Of a DNA stretch of 64,000 nucleotides, positions 28,268 through 37,538 are shown one piece after another (position 1 is the stretch's first letter; every line of letters starts with the position of its first letter). The notes below the pieces were generated by a model. It was not told where the DNA came from. It was given only the letters and a program-made list of their open reading frames with translations, and searched no databases. Position numbers and translations under genes: made by a program. Location of the stretch: the sequence record SRR2962707_3801. One strand, 5' to 3'.

Positions 28268-28777
28268 ATGAAAGCGACACTACTAACAGCATGCCTACTC
28301 ATTTGCTTATTAGCAACTGCACAGCAACCCCCTCAACCATCTAGAGAAGACCTTTCCAAGATGGATTTTTGGGTGGGCAAATGGGATCTGACCTGGGATG
28401 GAGGAAAAGGCACTAACCTCATTGAGAAGAAACTGAATGGCCGTGTTATTCAGGAAAATTTTGAAGCCACAGAAGGGAATTTCAAAGGATATCTGGGAAC
28501 AAGCATTAGCACTTTTAATCCGAGAGATGGGAAGTGGCATCAGGCGTGGGCCGATAACAATGGCGGTTACATTGATTTAATCGGGATCATGGATGGAGAT
28601 TCACGCATCTTCCAAATGACCAGTCCTCGTCAGTTGCCTAACGGTAAAGAGTCGATCTCACGAATGCGGTTTTATGACATAACCGAAGATTCTTTTACCT
28701 GGGATTGGGAGGCTTCCACGGATGGTGGAGAAACCTGGAATCTGAGTTGGAGAATCAATTATCAGCGAGCAGAATAA
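28268..28777 (+). CDS. Secreted DUF1579-like beta-barrel protein
   Basis: Signal peptide, 'DFWVGKW', 'WHQAWADN', 'WEASTDGGETW'. Confidence 0.75.
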   Translation: MKATLLTACLLICLLATAQQPPQPSREDLSKMDFWVGKWDLTWDGGKGTNLIEKKLNGRVIQENFEATEGNFKGYLGTSISTFNPRDGKWHQAWADNNGGYIDLIGIMDGDSRIFQMTSPRQLPNGKESISRMRFYDITEDSFTWDWEASTDGGETWNLSWRINYQRAE

Positions 28778-28805
28778 TACATAGTAGTTGGTTTTTAATG
28801 GTGTT

Positions 28806-28840
28806 GCAGCCTGCTTCTTGTATTAGGGGTAGGCTGTTTT
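28806..28840 (+). terminator. Intrinsic terminator between convergent genes
   Basis: GCAGCCTGCTTCT...AGGGGTAGGCTGT followed by TTT. Confidence 0.65.
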
Positions 28841-28845
28841 ACACA

Positions 28846-29481
28846 TTAATTGATTGTAATCCATTTTTCTGGGTTGAAATCATATTCCTTTCCAGGATCT
28901 CCGCTTACAAGTTTAAGATCTGCACAGTCCCCGGCACCATTGGCCGGTATACCCACAATATTGTTAGGGTCTTCTGCGGTCATTAATCCGATAGCGAGTT
29001 TGATATTATCACCGAATGCTTTCCGGTTGATGATGAATTCTGTTTCACCGGTAGTGCCCATAGCCATTGTATTAGCTATCCACCCATTGGACTCCAGGTA
29101 TTTCTGCCTTTTGGCTATGGTTGCCGCATCCATAAACTTTTCGCGCATCTGCCAATCAAATTTCTGATTGGTCGTCCATTTATTTCCTTCTTTTTTATAA
29201 TTAATTGATCCTAAGGCAGCCGATGCGTGCAGCACATAAACTTCATTTAGTTCATTGCAAATACATAAGCTAGCCACATAGAGTTCTTGGGATTTGACCG
29301 CCACACGGAGGTAAACAGTTGAAGAGTTATCAACTAGCAAATGGCTGCTTCCATTTTCGCCTATTGGATGGAGGCTTTTTGTTTCGTCTCCGGATATTGT
29401 TCCATCGAGTTGAGCGAGATCTGATTGAGCAATACTAGCACAGGCAAAAAGGAAGACGAGGATGGAGTGAGATAGTTTCAT
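28846..29481 (-). CDS. Hypothetical exported protein
   Basis: Signal peptide; 'VYVLHASAALG'; overlaps the upstream gene by 4 nt. Confidence 0.7.
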   Translation of the reverse strand: MKLSHSILVFLFACASIAQSDLAQLDGTISGDETKSLHPIGENGSSHLLVDNSSTVYLRVAVKSQELYVASLCICNELNEVYVLHASAALGSINYKKEGNKWTTNQKFDWQMREKFMDAATIAKRQKYLESNGWIANTMAMGTTGETEFIINRKAFGDNIKLAIGLMTAEDPNNIVGIPANGAGDCADLKLVSGDPGKEYDFNPEKWITIN

Positions 29482-31055
29482 TCGTTATTTTTTCTTGTTT
29501 TTTGTTCGTATCGGGGCATCAAAATCAAGCTCTCATAAGCATCTGTTAATTGCACTCCCGAAGCACCAAATTCATTGTAGGGCCTCTCGGCCATTCGTGC
29601 GATTTTAAGTAGCTCGACTTTAATGTCACCATGCACATAGTTTTGTTGTTTTACTCCTGTGCTATCATTGCTGAAGTCAGAGTTCAGAACCATGCCGTTT
29701 TCCTGTACAAACTCTATGAACTGAGCATACTGACTGGTTGAGTCTGTTATGAGTGCGTAAAAACTGTTTTTCCAAAAGGAACCGCCCTCGAAAAATTGGA
29801 TTACGTTTCCTTCGGGATCACGAACCAGGAACATCTCTTGTCCCCAGAAAACAATAGAACGACCGAACATCAGATCGTCAGGTTCCGGAAAGGAACTATT
29901 AATCACCTTCTGAGTATCCGGCACATCAAAACCAAACTTGAACACACCATTGGGATTTTTATTTTCTCGCTCAGATTTATAAGTATTTAACGTTGGGCGT
30001 GTAGTATCCCGAATAAATCTTATTTGTGCATGCTGATATTGAAGTGTAAGTGAAGAGTCTGTTTTAGCAGTAATCTCAAATGGAAGCCGATCGAGGTACC
30101 ATTGCGCAGTAGAATTAAGGTTGGTAGCTCTGTATATGAATTCTGTAATTCTCAGCGATGGTGGCTTTTTAAACAGGAGTTCGTTTCTGCCATAGTCGAA
30201 GATTACTTCATAATCTTTCAGGATGCCACTCCCTAAGTTACCAGCGTGACTACTTTGTGCCCATGCACCAGCCGAGTGGTCAGGCACGCGAGTCTTAACT
30301 AATTGAAACTGTAAACCATCGCTAATTTTCACTAAGGGTAAGACATACTCTCTGGCCATCACGGGACCACCGACTCCATAACCAGTTCGTCGCAGTTCGC
30401 TAAGTTCAAAATTGGTTGTATCCAAAGATTGATAGAAGCCTGAAAATGTGGTGAGCATGGATCGGTCTCCTGTGTCAACTGTAAAGTCACCTTCCACACC
30501 ACCTATCTGTATTTTAATCATTGGTATTTGGTTGCGATAAAAAGTAAAAGGAACTACTTCATATCCATCCGTTGGGTGGTTGCCTTTTTCGTAAAAAGTC
30601 ATTAATCGATTAGGGTAGTTGATGGATAAATCGTATTTCTCAAATAAATCCAGCCCAAGTACTCCATCGGCAAAAGGAAGGGATAAAGAATCCCGGATTG
30701 GATTAAGATTCAGAATTATTGGGGCATCTGAATGCGTTTCAATGGAAGTACCAACAATATTAAAGTTTGTTTCCTCACCGTACCATGCTTCCTGCTCTCC
30801 GTCTCCGCCTCCTCTAATCATAAATGAACGACCCTTTTTAACCCCTGCCTTTTCTGCAAAATCCGTGTTCATTCCATGTACACCGCCAGTATCCACGATG
30901 AACTTGCCTTTCACTCCATTGACCTCTACCTCGATGTATGGTCGGTTATCAACGAGTTGGAATAGGATAGATTCTGATTCTTTTGTGTTTTCTTGCTGCG
31001 AACTACAGGAAATTAGTGTAGCGACAATCAAAGTTGCTGAAAGAGTTTGACGCAT
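29478..31055 (-). CDS. Lipoprotein: tandem retropepsin-like aspartyl protease domains plus VOC/glyoxalase-like C-terminus
   Basis: Lipobox LISC; 'FIVDTG...DGVLG', 'FTVDTG...GNLG'; then 'FKFGFDVPD', 'FLVRDPEGNVIQF'. Confidence 0.8.
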   Translation of the reverse strand: MRQTLSATLIVATLISCSSQQENTKESESILFQLVDNRPYIEVEVNGVKGKFIVDTGGVHGMNTDFAEKAGVKKGRSFMIRGGGDGEQEAWYGEETNFNIVGTSIETHSDAPIILNLNPIRDSLSLPFADGVLGLDLFEKYDLSINYPNRLMTFYEKGNHPTDGYEVVPFTFYRNQIPMIKIQIGGVEGDFTVDTGDRSMLTTFSGFYQSLDTTNFELSELRRTGYGVGGPVMAREYVLPLVKISDGLQFQLVKTRVPDHSAGAWAQSSHAGNLGSGILKDYEVIFDYGRNELLFKKPPSLRITEFIYRATNLNSTAQWYLDRLPFEITAKTDSSLTLQYQHAQIRFIRDTTRPTLNTYKSERENKNPNGVFKFGFDVPDTQKVINSSFPEPDDLMFGRSIVFWGQEMFLVRDPEGNVIQFFEGGSFWKNSFYALITDSTSQYAQFIEFVQENGMVLNSDFSNDSTGVKQQNYVHGDIKVELLKIARMAERPYNEFGASGVQLTDAYESLILMPRYEQKTRKNNE

Positions 31056-31165
31056 CGGTTATTGGTTTCTAAGGGTAACGGATGCGTTTACACGTGGGTT
31101 AGAAATCTTACACATGAGGAGTAAACTTTTTCTAATATTTACTCCTTAATTCTATAGGAGGGCTG

Positions 31166-32014
31166 CTACTCTGCAGCTATCGCCATCTTAGTTCCATCTG
31201 GAGAAACAATAACACGAGTAATATTGGAAATTCCCTCGGAGACCAGATTGGCAATTTCTATCCAGTCACCTTTCCCTTTCCATAAAAACAATTTGCTACC
31301 AGACCCCATAATAATGAATCCGTTTGGCATCCAGCAATAATCTTCAGACCCTTCAAGGGTGTTTACTAATATCTTAGACTCCTCCGTGACAGGGTCCATT
31401 GATTTAATACGCCAAGGCTTACTTGATTTATCAACGTAGCTGAATCGATTTGAACCTGGGATTTTATGCAAGGATCGACCGATGTTGGAGGCGACCACTC
31501 TTGCTTCATTAGTCTTCGTGTTTATGATCTGCATGGTTGAAGTATCACCAAGAACGAAGGCAACAATATCTGATTTGTTGATCCATGTGTGGTAGCCGAT
31601 AACTAAATCATCCACTAACACTTTGCTTTGACCCTTGAGATTATAAGAATATAGCAGCTGGAGTCCAGTTGTGTCAAGCCTTATGCTTGAAATTCTACGG
31701 TCAGGTGTTGGAGTAGGAGAGTACTCACTGCCCTGAAGGGTGTTGGTTATGATTTCTGTTTTGTCATTGCTTAAAAAATAACGAGCAATTTCTGTTTGTC
31801 CATTTACTGTTCGGCTATAGATCAGTGATTCACCGTCAGGCCAGAAGGCGGGCTGATTATCATATCCGGGATTAGAGGAGACGTTTAATGCATAGTTCAA
31901 ATTGATCCCATTGACAGTTTGCTCCAGATCCAATAAATAAATCTCTGTGTTGGGTTGAGCACATAAGTTGAGGGTAAGAAGTATTGTCACCAATATCAGT
32001 GAGTGCTTTATCAT
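31166..32014 (-). CDS. TolB-like beta-propeller (PD40) protein
   Basis: Signal peptide, 'GYDNQPAFWPDG', 'SEYSPT', 'VSPDGTKMA'. Confidence 0.8.
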   Translation of the reverse strand: MIKHSLILVTILLTLNLCAQPNTEIYLLDLEQTVNGINLNYALNVSSNPGYDNQPAFWPDGESLIYSRTVNGQTEIARYFLSNDKTEIITNTLQGSEYSPTPTPDRRISSIRLDTTGLQLLYSYNLKGQSKVLVDDLVIGYHTWINKSDIVAFVLGDTSTMQIINTKTNEARVVASNIGRSLHKIPGSNRFSYVDKSSKPWRIKSMDPVTEESKILVNTLEGSEDYCWMPNGFIIMGSGSKLFLWKGKGDWIEIANLVSEGISNITRVIVSPDGTKMAIAAE

Positions 32015-32104
32015 GATCTTAGATGTTAAGCTGGTTTGATTCTGTTTATTCTGGGGTTAAATTTAGTGTTTCGAGATTATTAACCTTTCCTAACTGAATC
32101 TAAA

Positions 32105-33727
32105 ATGAAAAGAAGAAATTTCATCCAGCTCAGTGCAATCACCGGAGCAATTCCATTTTTGGGTCTTAAAGCATGTGCATCTCCAACTAGCGAGGCATCT
32201 ATCAGTGCATCAACTGATGAAGAAGTCGCTTTTGAGCTGGAAGAGTGGACGGTCACTCAATTGCGTGAAGCGATGGAGTCCGGAAAATACACCTCAAGAC
32301 AAATCTGCGAGCTATATCTCAAACGGATCAAAGAAAAGGATCAAAACGAGAATGGACTTAATAGCGTGATTGAAACTAATCCGGAGGCGCTGGCAATCGC
32401 CGATCAATTAGATAATGAAAGAGCTGAAGGGAAGGTGAGAGGACCTCTTCATGGCATACCGATAATGATCAAAGACAATATCGATACTGGTGATAAAATG
32501 ATGACCACTGCCGGATCGATGGCGCTGGCTGGCTCCTCAGCTCCTGATGATGCTTTTATCGTAAAACAGCTGCGAGAAGCAGGTGCTGTCCTCCTTGGAA
32601 AAACAAATTTGAGTGAGTGGGCAAACTTCAGGTCCTTCCGTTCTTCCAGCGGATGGAGTGGGAGGGGCAGACAAACACGGAACCCTTACGCGCTGGATCG
32701 AAATCCGTGTGGATCAAGCTCAGGTTCAGGATCAGCCGTGTCAGGAAATATGTGTGCAATTACGATTGGAACCGAAACAAATGGGTCTATTGTGTGCCCA
32801 TCCTCAGCAAATGGGGTGGTAGGGATCAAACCAACGGTAGGGCTTTGGAGTCGGGATGGGATTATACCTATCTCAGAGACGCAGGATACCGCCGGGCCAA
32901 TGGCGCGGACAGTGGCTGATGCAGTTGGTTTGCTCGGCGCGTGCGTGGGTGTGGATGAGGCAGATAAGCGGACCAAAGAAAGTGAAGGGAATAGCTATGG
33001 AGATTACACACAATTTTTGGATGAGAATGGATTGCAAGGCAAACGAATCGGCGTACTTAGTGGAACACTCGGCTATCATGAGCGAGTGGATGAAATTATG
33101 GAAAATGCTTTCAAAGCGATGGAGGAGAAAGGAGCTACATTGGTTCAGGATATCAAATTATATGAAGACAATGCCTATGGAAACTCTGGTCTGGAGTTGC
33201 TGCTGTACGAATTCAAAGATGGTTTGAACAAGTATCTGGCTTCCCGTCCTGATGCGAAGGTGAAGTCTTTAGCAGATGTTATTCAGTTCAATAAAGACAA
33301 TGCTGATGTAGAAATGCCATACTTCCCGCAGGGAATCTTGGAGAGAGCAGAAAATAAAGGGCCCCTTACAGATCCGGAATATCAGGAGCATCTGAGAGTG
33401 GTTACGGAAGTTTCAAGAAAGGGTATTGACAATGCTTTGAAAGAAAACAACCTGGATGCAATCATTGGTGTAACCGGTGGGCCGGCTTGGCCTATTGATG
33501 TGATCAACGGGGATCATTTTGGTACCGGTAGTTCAACTCCGGCTGCACGATCAGGTTATCCCAATATCACAGTTCCAGCAGGATATGTGTATGGTCTTCC
33601 AGTTGGAATGTCCATCTTTGGAGGAAAATATCAGGAGCCAAAGCTGATCAGTATTGCGTATGCCTTTGAGCAGGCTACTAAAGTTAGAAAAGCTCCTAAA
33701 CTTATTCCAACACTAGATCTGGCATGA
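32105..33727 (+). CDS. Amidase signature-family enzyme with Tat signal
   Basis: 'MKRRNFIQ' Tat motif; 'GPLHGIPIMIKDNI', 'GSSSGS', 'IGTETNGSI'. Confidence 0.92.
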   Translation: MKRRNFIQLSAITGAIPFLGLKACASPTSEASISASTDEEVAFELEEWTVTQLREAMESGKYTSRQICELYLKRIKEKDQNENGLNSVIETNPEALAIADQLDNERAEGKVRGPLHGIPIMIKDNIDTGDKMMTTAGSMALAGSSAPDDAFIVKQLREAGAVLLGKTNLSEWANFRSFRSSSGWSGRGRQTRNPYALDRNPCGSSSGSGSAVSGNMCAITIGTETNGSIVCPSSANGVVGIKPTVGLWSRDGIIPISETQDTAGPMARTVADAVGLLGACVGVDEADKRTKESEGNSYGDYTQFLDENGLQGKRIGVLSGTLGYHERVDEIMENAFKAMEEKGATLVQDIKLYEDNAYGNSGLELLLYEFKDGLNKYLASRPDAKVKSLADVIQFNKDNADVEMPYFPQGILERAENKGPLTDPEYQEHLRVVTEVSRKGIDNALKENNLDAIIGVTGGPAWPIDVINGDHFGTGSSTPAARSGYPNITVPAGYVYGLPVGMSIFGGKYQEPKLISIAYAFEQATKVRKAPKLIPTLDLA

Positions 33728-34380
33728 TAAAATCAATATTAAAATATCTTGGAGCAGGATTTGTTGTTCTGCTCATCATTGGATTTTTAGCTTACCTGTA
33801 CATTGATGAATCAGTTCCTGATGGTACCCAGGGTCAGGAAGCGGAAGCCCTGGCCACTGAAATGTTGAATGCACTGAATAAGCCAGGGTATGATTCTATA
33901 TCATTGATAAGTTTTACTTATCCTGGAGGTCACAACTATAAATGGGACCGGGAAAACAATAAAGTGAGAATTAGATGGGATAGTAAAGATGTCTACCTCG
34001 ATCTAAACCAGTCGCCCGATGATTTCAATGTGACAGAATATCAAGCATATGAATATTTCCTAAATGATACCTTTTGGCTGGTTGCTCCATTTAAAGTGCG
34101 TGATGATGGTGTGATGCGATCTACAGTGGATGTAAAAGATGGCCGAGGGCTGTTGGTGACTTACACCTCCGGAGGGGTGACACCTGGAGACTCCTACTTA
34201 TGGATAATAGGAGATGATGGATTCCCAAAAGCATGGAAGCTATATACCTCAAATGTCCCCATTGGGGGATTGAAAGTTGGCTGGGGAGGCTGGGTAGAAA
34301 AAGAGGGTGTTTGGTTTTCTACCTTTCATCCGAGTGCGGTTATTGATCTGGAGATTACGGATCTGGAGGTGTCATATTAG
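33724..34380 (+). CDS. Conserved hypothetical membrane-anchored protein
   Basis: N-terminal TM; 'FLNDTFWLVAPFK', 'YTSGGVTPGDSYLW'. Confidence 0.75.
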   Translation: MIKSILKYLGAGFVVLLIIGFLAYLYIDESVPDGTQGQEAEALATEMLNALNKPGYDSISLISFTYPGGHNYKWDRENNKVRIRWDSKDVYLDLNQSPDDFNVTEYQAYEYFLNDTFWLVAPFKVRDDGVMRSTVDVKDGRGLLVTYTSGGVTPGDSYLWIIGDDGFPKAWKLYTSNVPIGGLKVGWGGWVEKEGVWFSTFHPSAVIDLEITDLEVSY

Positions 34381-35018
34381 TTCAGAACGCTTTCTAAGTC
34401 TTTTTTAATACCAGCAGCATCAGGGTGGGCACTGGTAGTCGCAAGCCCAAGCGTTGAATACTCACCTCCGTAAAAGCGGGCTTTAGCATTTTTATCTGCC
34501 CCTGAATCAATGAGCATTTTCACTATTTTCGGCAGATTTTTAGGTACAACCTGCCTCCAGATTTCGATACCATTACTTCCTGCGTAGTGAAGAAGAGTCG
34601 CCCGGTGACCGAATGGTGATCGTTGGCTCAAAAGTGTTGGATCCGTCTGGATCATTTGTTTGAGTTGATTTTCTTCACCGTTTAATAGTAAATCTATTGC
34701 CGTCTCAAAATCAGGATTTAATGTCCCATCGATTGAACTCCATTCCTGAAATCCATACTCTCTGGCGAGAGTCAGTCTTGCATCTTCAAGTGAAAAATCG
34801 CGTGAATGAATTTCATCATAATCGCATCCGATAAGTAGTGGATGATAATTATTGATCTCGATAGCAACTGTCTTTTCTCCTTTATTAAAAGCTTCGAAAA
34901 GGTTAATGGAAAGGGCGTCAAGCAAGTCCTTAATAAGATTAAAGTCAAGATACTTGTTTAAGATCGACTGGTGCAGGTTTCTGACTTGCTTTACTTGATT
35001 ATTAATGTAAATATTCAA
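34377..35018 (-). CDS. Ankyrin-like repeat protein
   Basis: 'ARLTLAREYGFQEW', 'ATLLHYAG', 'KMLIDSGADKN'; TTG start overlapping the aroA stop. Confidence 0.7.
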   Translation of the reverse strand: MNIYINNQVKQVRNLHQSILNKYLDFNLIKDLLDALSINLFEAFNKGEKTVAIEINNYHPLLIGCDYDEIHSRDFSLEDARLTLAREYGFQEWSSIDGTLNPDFETAIDLLLNGEENQLKQMIQTDPTLLSQRSPFGHRATLLHYAGSNGIEIWRQVVPKNLPKIVKMLIDSGADKNAKARFYGGEYSTLGLATTSAHPDAAGIKKDLESVLN

Positions 35019-36241
35019 TACGTCTGGATTTCAATTCCCAGCTTTTCAATTTCTTTCCAAAAGCCAGGGTATGATTTTTCTACGACTAATGGGTCATTAA
35101 TGTTTACCTCCATTAAAGTGGAAAGCGGAGCAAACGCCATTGCCATCCGGTGATCTTCATAGGTTTCAATCGTAACTTCTTCAGGGAGTTTATTTGAAGG
35201 AATTAGTTTCCATGAATCGTTATCCTCTTTTAATTCGGCACCAATCTTAGCCAGCTCATTTTGCATAGCAGCAATACGATCGGTCTCTTTTATTTTCAGA
35301 CTCTCAAGTCCGGTCATATTGAGCGCAATCCCATTTACAGCTGCGGAAACCATCACCGTTTGAGCAAGATCCGGGCAGTCTTTAAAGTCTAATGATAGTT
35401 CATTTTGATTGAGGGGTTTCTTTCTTATCAAAACCCGATCACTTTCGAAATGAGTTTCAACACCCAAACCATCCATTATCTTGGCAATTGCTATATCCCC
35501 TTGCGTGGAATTCTTCCTCAATGTTGGCAGGGTTATTTCAAAGCTCACTGGAGCCATAGAGACAAAAGAATACCAGTAACTGGCACCCGACCAGTCACCT
35601 TCAATCGTGTATTCTGTTGAAGTGTAAGATTGGCTGGTTATTGAAATAGTATCAGCATTCCAGTTGCTCTTTACGCCGAATTCTTTCATGAGCGAAAGGG
35701 TCATCTCGATATACGGTCGGCTAAAAACCTCAGAAGTAAGCGTTAGTTCTAGCCCTTTTGGTAACATTGGAGCGATCATCAATAACGCGCTGATGTATTG
35801 GCTACTGATATTTCCCGGAATTGAAATCTTATTGGTCTGCTGTTGTTCAATTTGATGAATTTGTAATGGAGGATAGCCTTCTTTTTCCAGATATTCAATC
35901 CTTGCACCTAGCAAACGGAGTGCATCCACAAGAGGACCAATGGGTCGGTTTTTCATTCGATCTGTTCCGGTAATGATTTCTCCATGGCCGTGAATGGCGA
36001 GAAAAGCGGTTAGAAACCGCATGGTAGTACCTGCATCTTTTACATCATAAATTTCCGGCTGTCCAGTCAAAAGCTGAAGCATGGTTTGTGTATCTCTGGC
36101 ATTCGATAGGTTGTGAATATTGGAAGGATTTCCTTTGGCCAGCGCATTGATAATCAATGCTCGATTACTTTCACTTTTAGAAGATTCCAGGTTAATGGTC
36201 CCATTTAGTCGGGAATTATGACTTTTTAGTCGATATTTCAA
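35015..36241 (-). CDS. aroA: 3-phosphoshikimate 1-carboxyvinyltransferase (EPSP synthase)
   Basis: 'SKSESNR', 'AGTTMRF', 'SSQYISALL', 'KETDRI', 'DHRMAM', 'KSYPGFW'. Confidence 0.95.
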   Translation of the reverse strand: MKYRLKSHNSRLNGTINLESSKSESNRALIINALAKGNPSNIHNLSNARDTQTMLQLLTGQPEIYDVKDAGTTMRFLTAFLAIHGHGEIITGTDRMKNRPIGPLVDALRLLGARIEYLEKEGYPPLQIHQIEQQQTNKISIPGNISSQYISALLMIAPMLPKGLELTLTSEVFSRPYIEMTLSLMKEFGVKSNWNADTISITSQSYTSTEYTIEGDWSGASYWYSFVSMAPVSFEITLPTLRKNSTQGDIAIAKIMDGLGVETHFESDRVLIRKKPLNQNELSLDFKDCPDLAQTVMVSAAVNGIALNMTGLESLKIKETDRIAAMQNELAKIGAELKEDNDSWKLIPSNKLPEEVTIETYEDHRMAMAFAPLSTLMEVNINDPLVVEKSYPGFWKEIEKLGIEIQTY

Positions 36242-36309
36242 TTTTAGGCAGGTTTTTTGCTAACTATCTCACAACTATTTACGTTGCTAAGTTGTCAATA
36301 AATTATAAT

Positions 36310-36465
36310 ATGTCAAGATCAAGAACCATAGGAACCATCTTCGCTACTATCGCCTTGGGTGCACTCACCTTTTTCTTAAGCTCGCCAAAGAAAACGACAA
36401 AAAAGAAGGAACAACAAACTGCTCAGGACGATCATACTAGCGAAAAGGACGATCTATTTATTTAA
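36310..36465 (+). CDS. Small single-TM protein (51 aa, YtxH-like N-terminus, not in ORF track)
   Basis: MSRSRTIGTIFATIALGALTFFLSSPKKTTKKKEQQTAQDDHTSEKDDLFI*; AT-rich start context. Confidence 0.6.
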   Translation: MSRSRTIGTIFATIALGALTFFLSSPKKTTKKKEQQTAQDDHTSEKDDLFI

Positions 36466-37480
36466 GCACTTGCTTAAGAATGGATTGCTCCACCTGCACA
36501 TCATATGTGCATGAACCTACTTTTGTCAAAAGTGAAAACCTTAGACCTTCCCGTTCATTTTTTTTGTCTTGCACGAGAAATTCGATGAGCTCATTAAATC
36601 CCGGAAGTTTTTTTGGAAAGTCATAGATGCGCTCAAGATAATTTTGGATTTCTTCAACCTCTGATTGGCTGATCAGGCCTAATTTTTCTGCAATTTCATT
36701 CTCTTTTACCATGCCTAAAGCAACAGCTTCTCCGTGCAGCAGAGGAGAGCTACTTTTCAGAAAATACGTTTCCATTGCGTGCCCAATCGTGTGTCCGTAA
36801 TTCAGAATTTTTCTTAGCCCATTTTCCTTTGGGTCTTTTTGGACAACCTCATTTTTTAAACCGATTGATTTTGGAATAATTTCATTCCAGTCCATGCTTT
36901 CAAATGAATTGTTTAAAAGATATTCCCATTGATTTGCGTTGCTGATGAGCGAATGTTTAATGACTTCAGCAAATCCCGATTTTAATTCTCGCTGCGGAAG
37001 TGTTTTCAAAAACCCTGAGTAAACAAGTACTCGGGCAGGGTCCTGGAAAAGGCCAACATGGTTTTTTAATCCATTAAAGTCAATCCCGAGTTTTCCTCCA
37101 ATGCTGGCATCTACCTGTGAGAGCAAGGTTGTTGGGATGTTGATGAATGGCATGCCTCTTTTGAAAGTAGCAGCTGAGAATCCTCCCATATCTCCAATTA
37201 CTCCTCCTCCCAGGTTTATCAGGAGACTTTTTCTCGTAAATCCTGATTCAGTAAGTCGCTCCCAGATTTGAGTACAGGTGTCAAGTGTTTTATACTTTTC
37301 GCCACTTTGAATTTCAATTTGTACATCACCAGGTTGATGTAAATGGGGTAAGCAATATTTGCGCGTGTTTTCATCTACCAGAAAGGCAATTTTGTCTGGC
37401 TTCAGGGTTTCAATAGCCGCAATTAAGTCGGTATTTATATCCTGAGAGATGGTTAGATATGATGGAAGATTATTTGACAT
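36458..37480 (-). CDS. aroB: 3-dehydroquinate synthase
   Basis: 'GGGVIGDMGGF', 'PTTLLSQVDASIGGK', 'LNYGHTIGHA', 'LHGEAVA'. Confidence 0.95.
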   Translation of the reverse strand: MSNNLPSYLTISQDINTDLIAAIETLKPDKIAFLVDENTRKYCLPHLHQPGDVQIEIQSGEKYKTLDTCTQIWERLTESGFTRKSLLINLGGGVIGDMGGFSAATFKRGMPFINIPTTLLSQVDASIGGKLGIDFNGLKNHVGLFQDPARVLVYSGFLKTLPQRELKSGFAEVIKHSLISNANQWEYLLNNSFESMDWNEIIPKSIGLKNEVVQKDPKENGLRKILNYGHTIGHAMETYFLKSSSPLLHGEAVALGMVKENEIAEKLGLISQSEVEEIQNYLERIYDFPKKLPGFNELIEFLVQDKKNEREGLRFSLLTKVGSCTYDVQVEQSILKQVLK

Positions 37481-37511
37481 TTGAAACAGTCATAGGTGTG
37501 AATCTGTTAGC

Positions 37512-37519
37512 TATCTTTG
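37512..37519 (+). promoter_or_regulatory. Bacteroidota -7 promoter element
   Basis: TATCTTTG, 19 nt upstream of the proline dehydrogenase ATG. Confidence 0.55.
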
Positions 37520-37538
37520 CACTCCGATTTTCAAAAAT

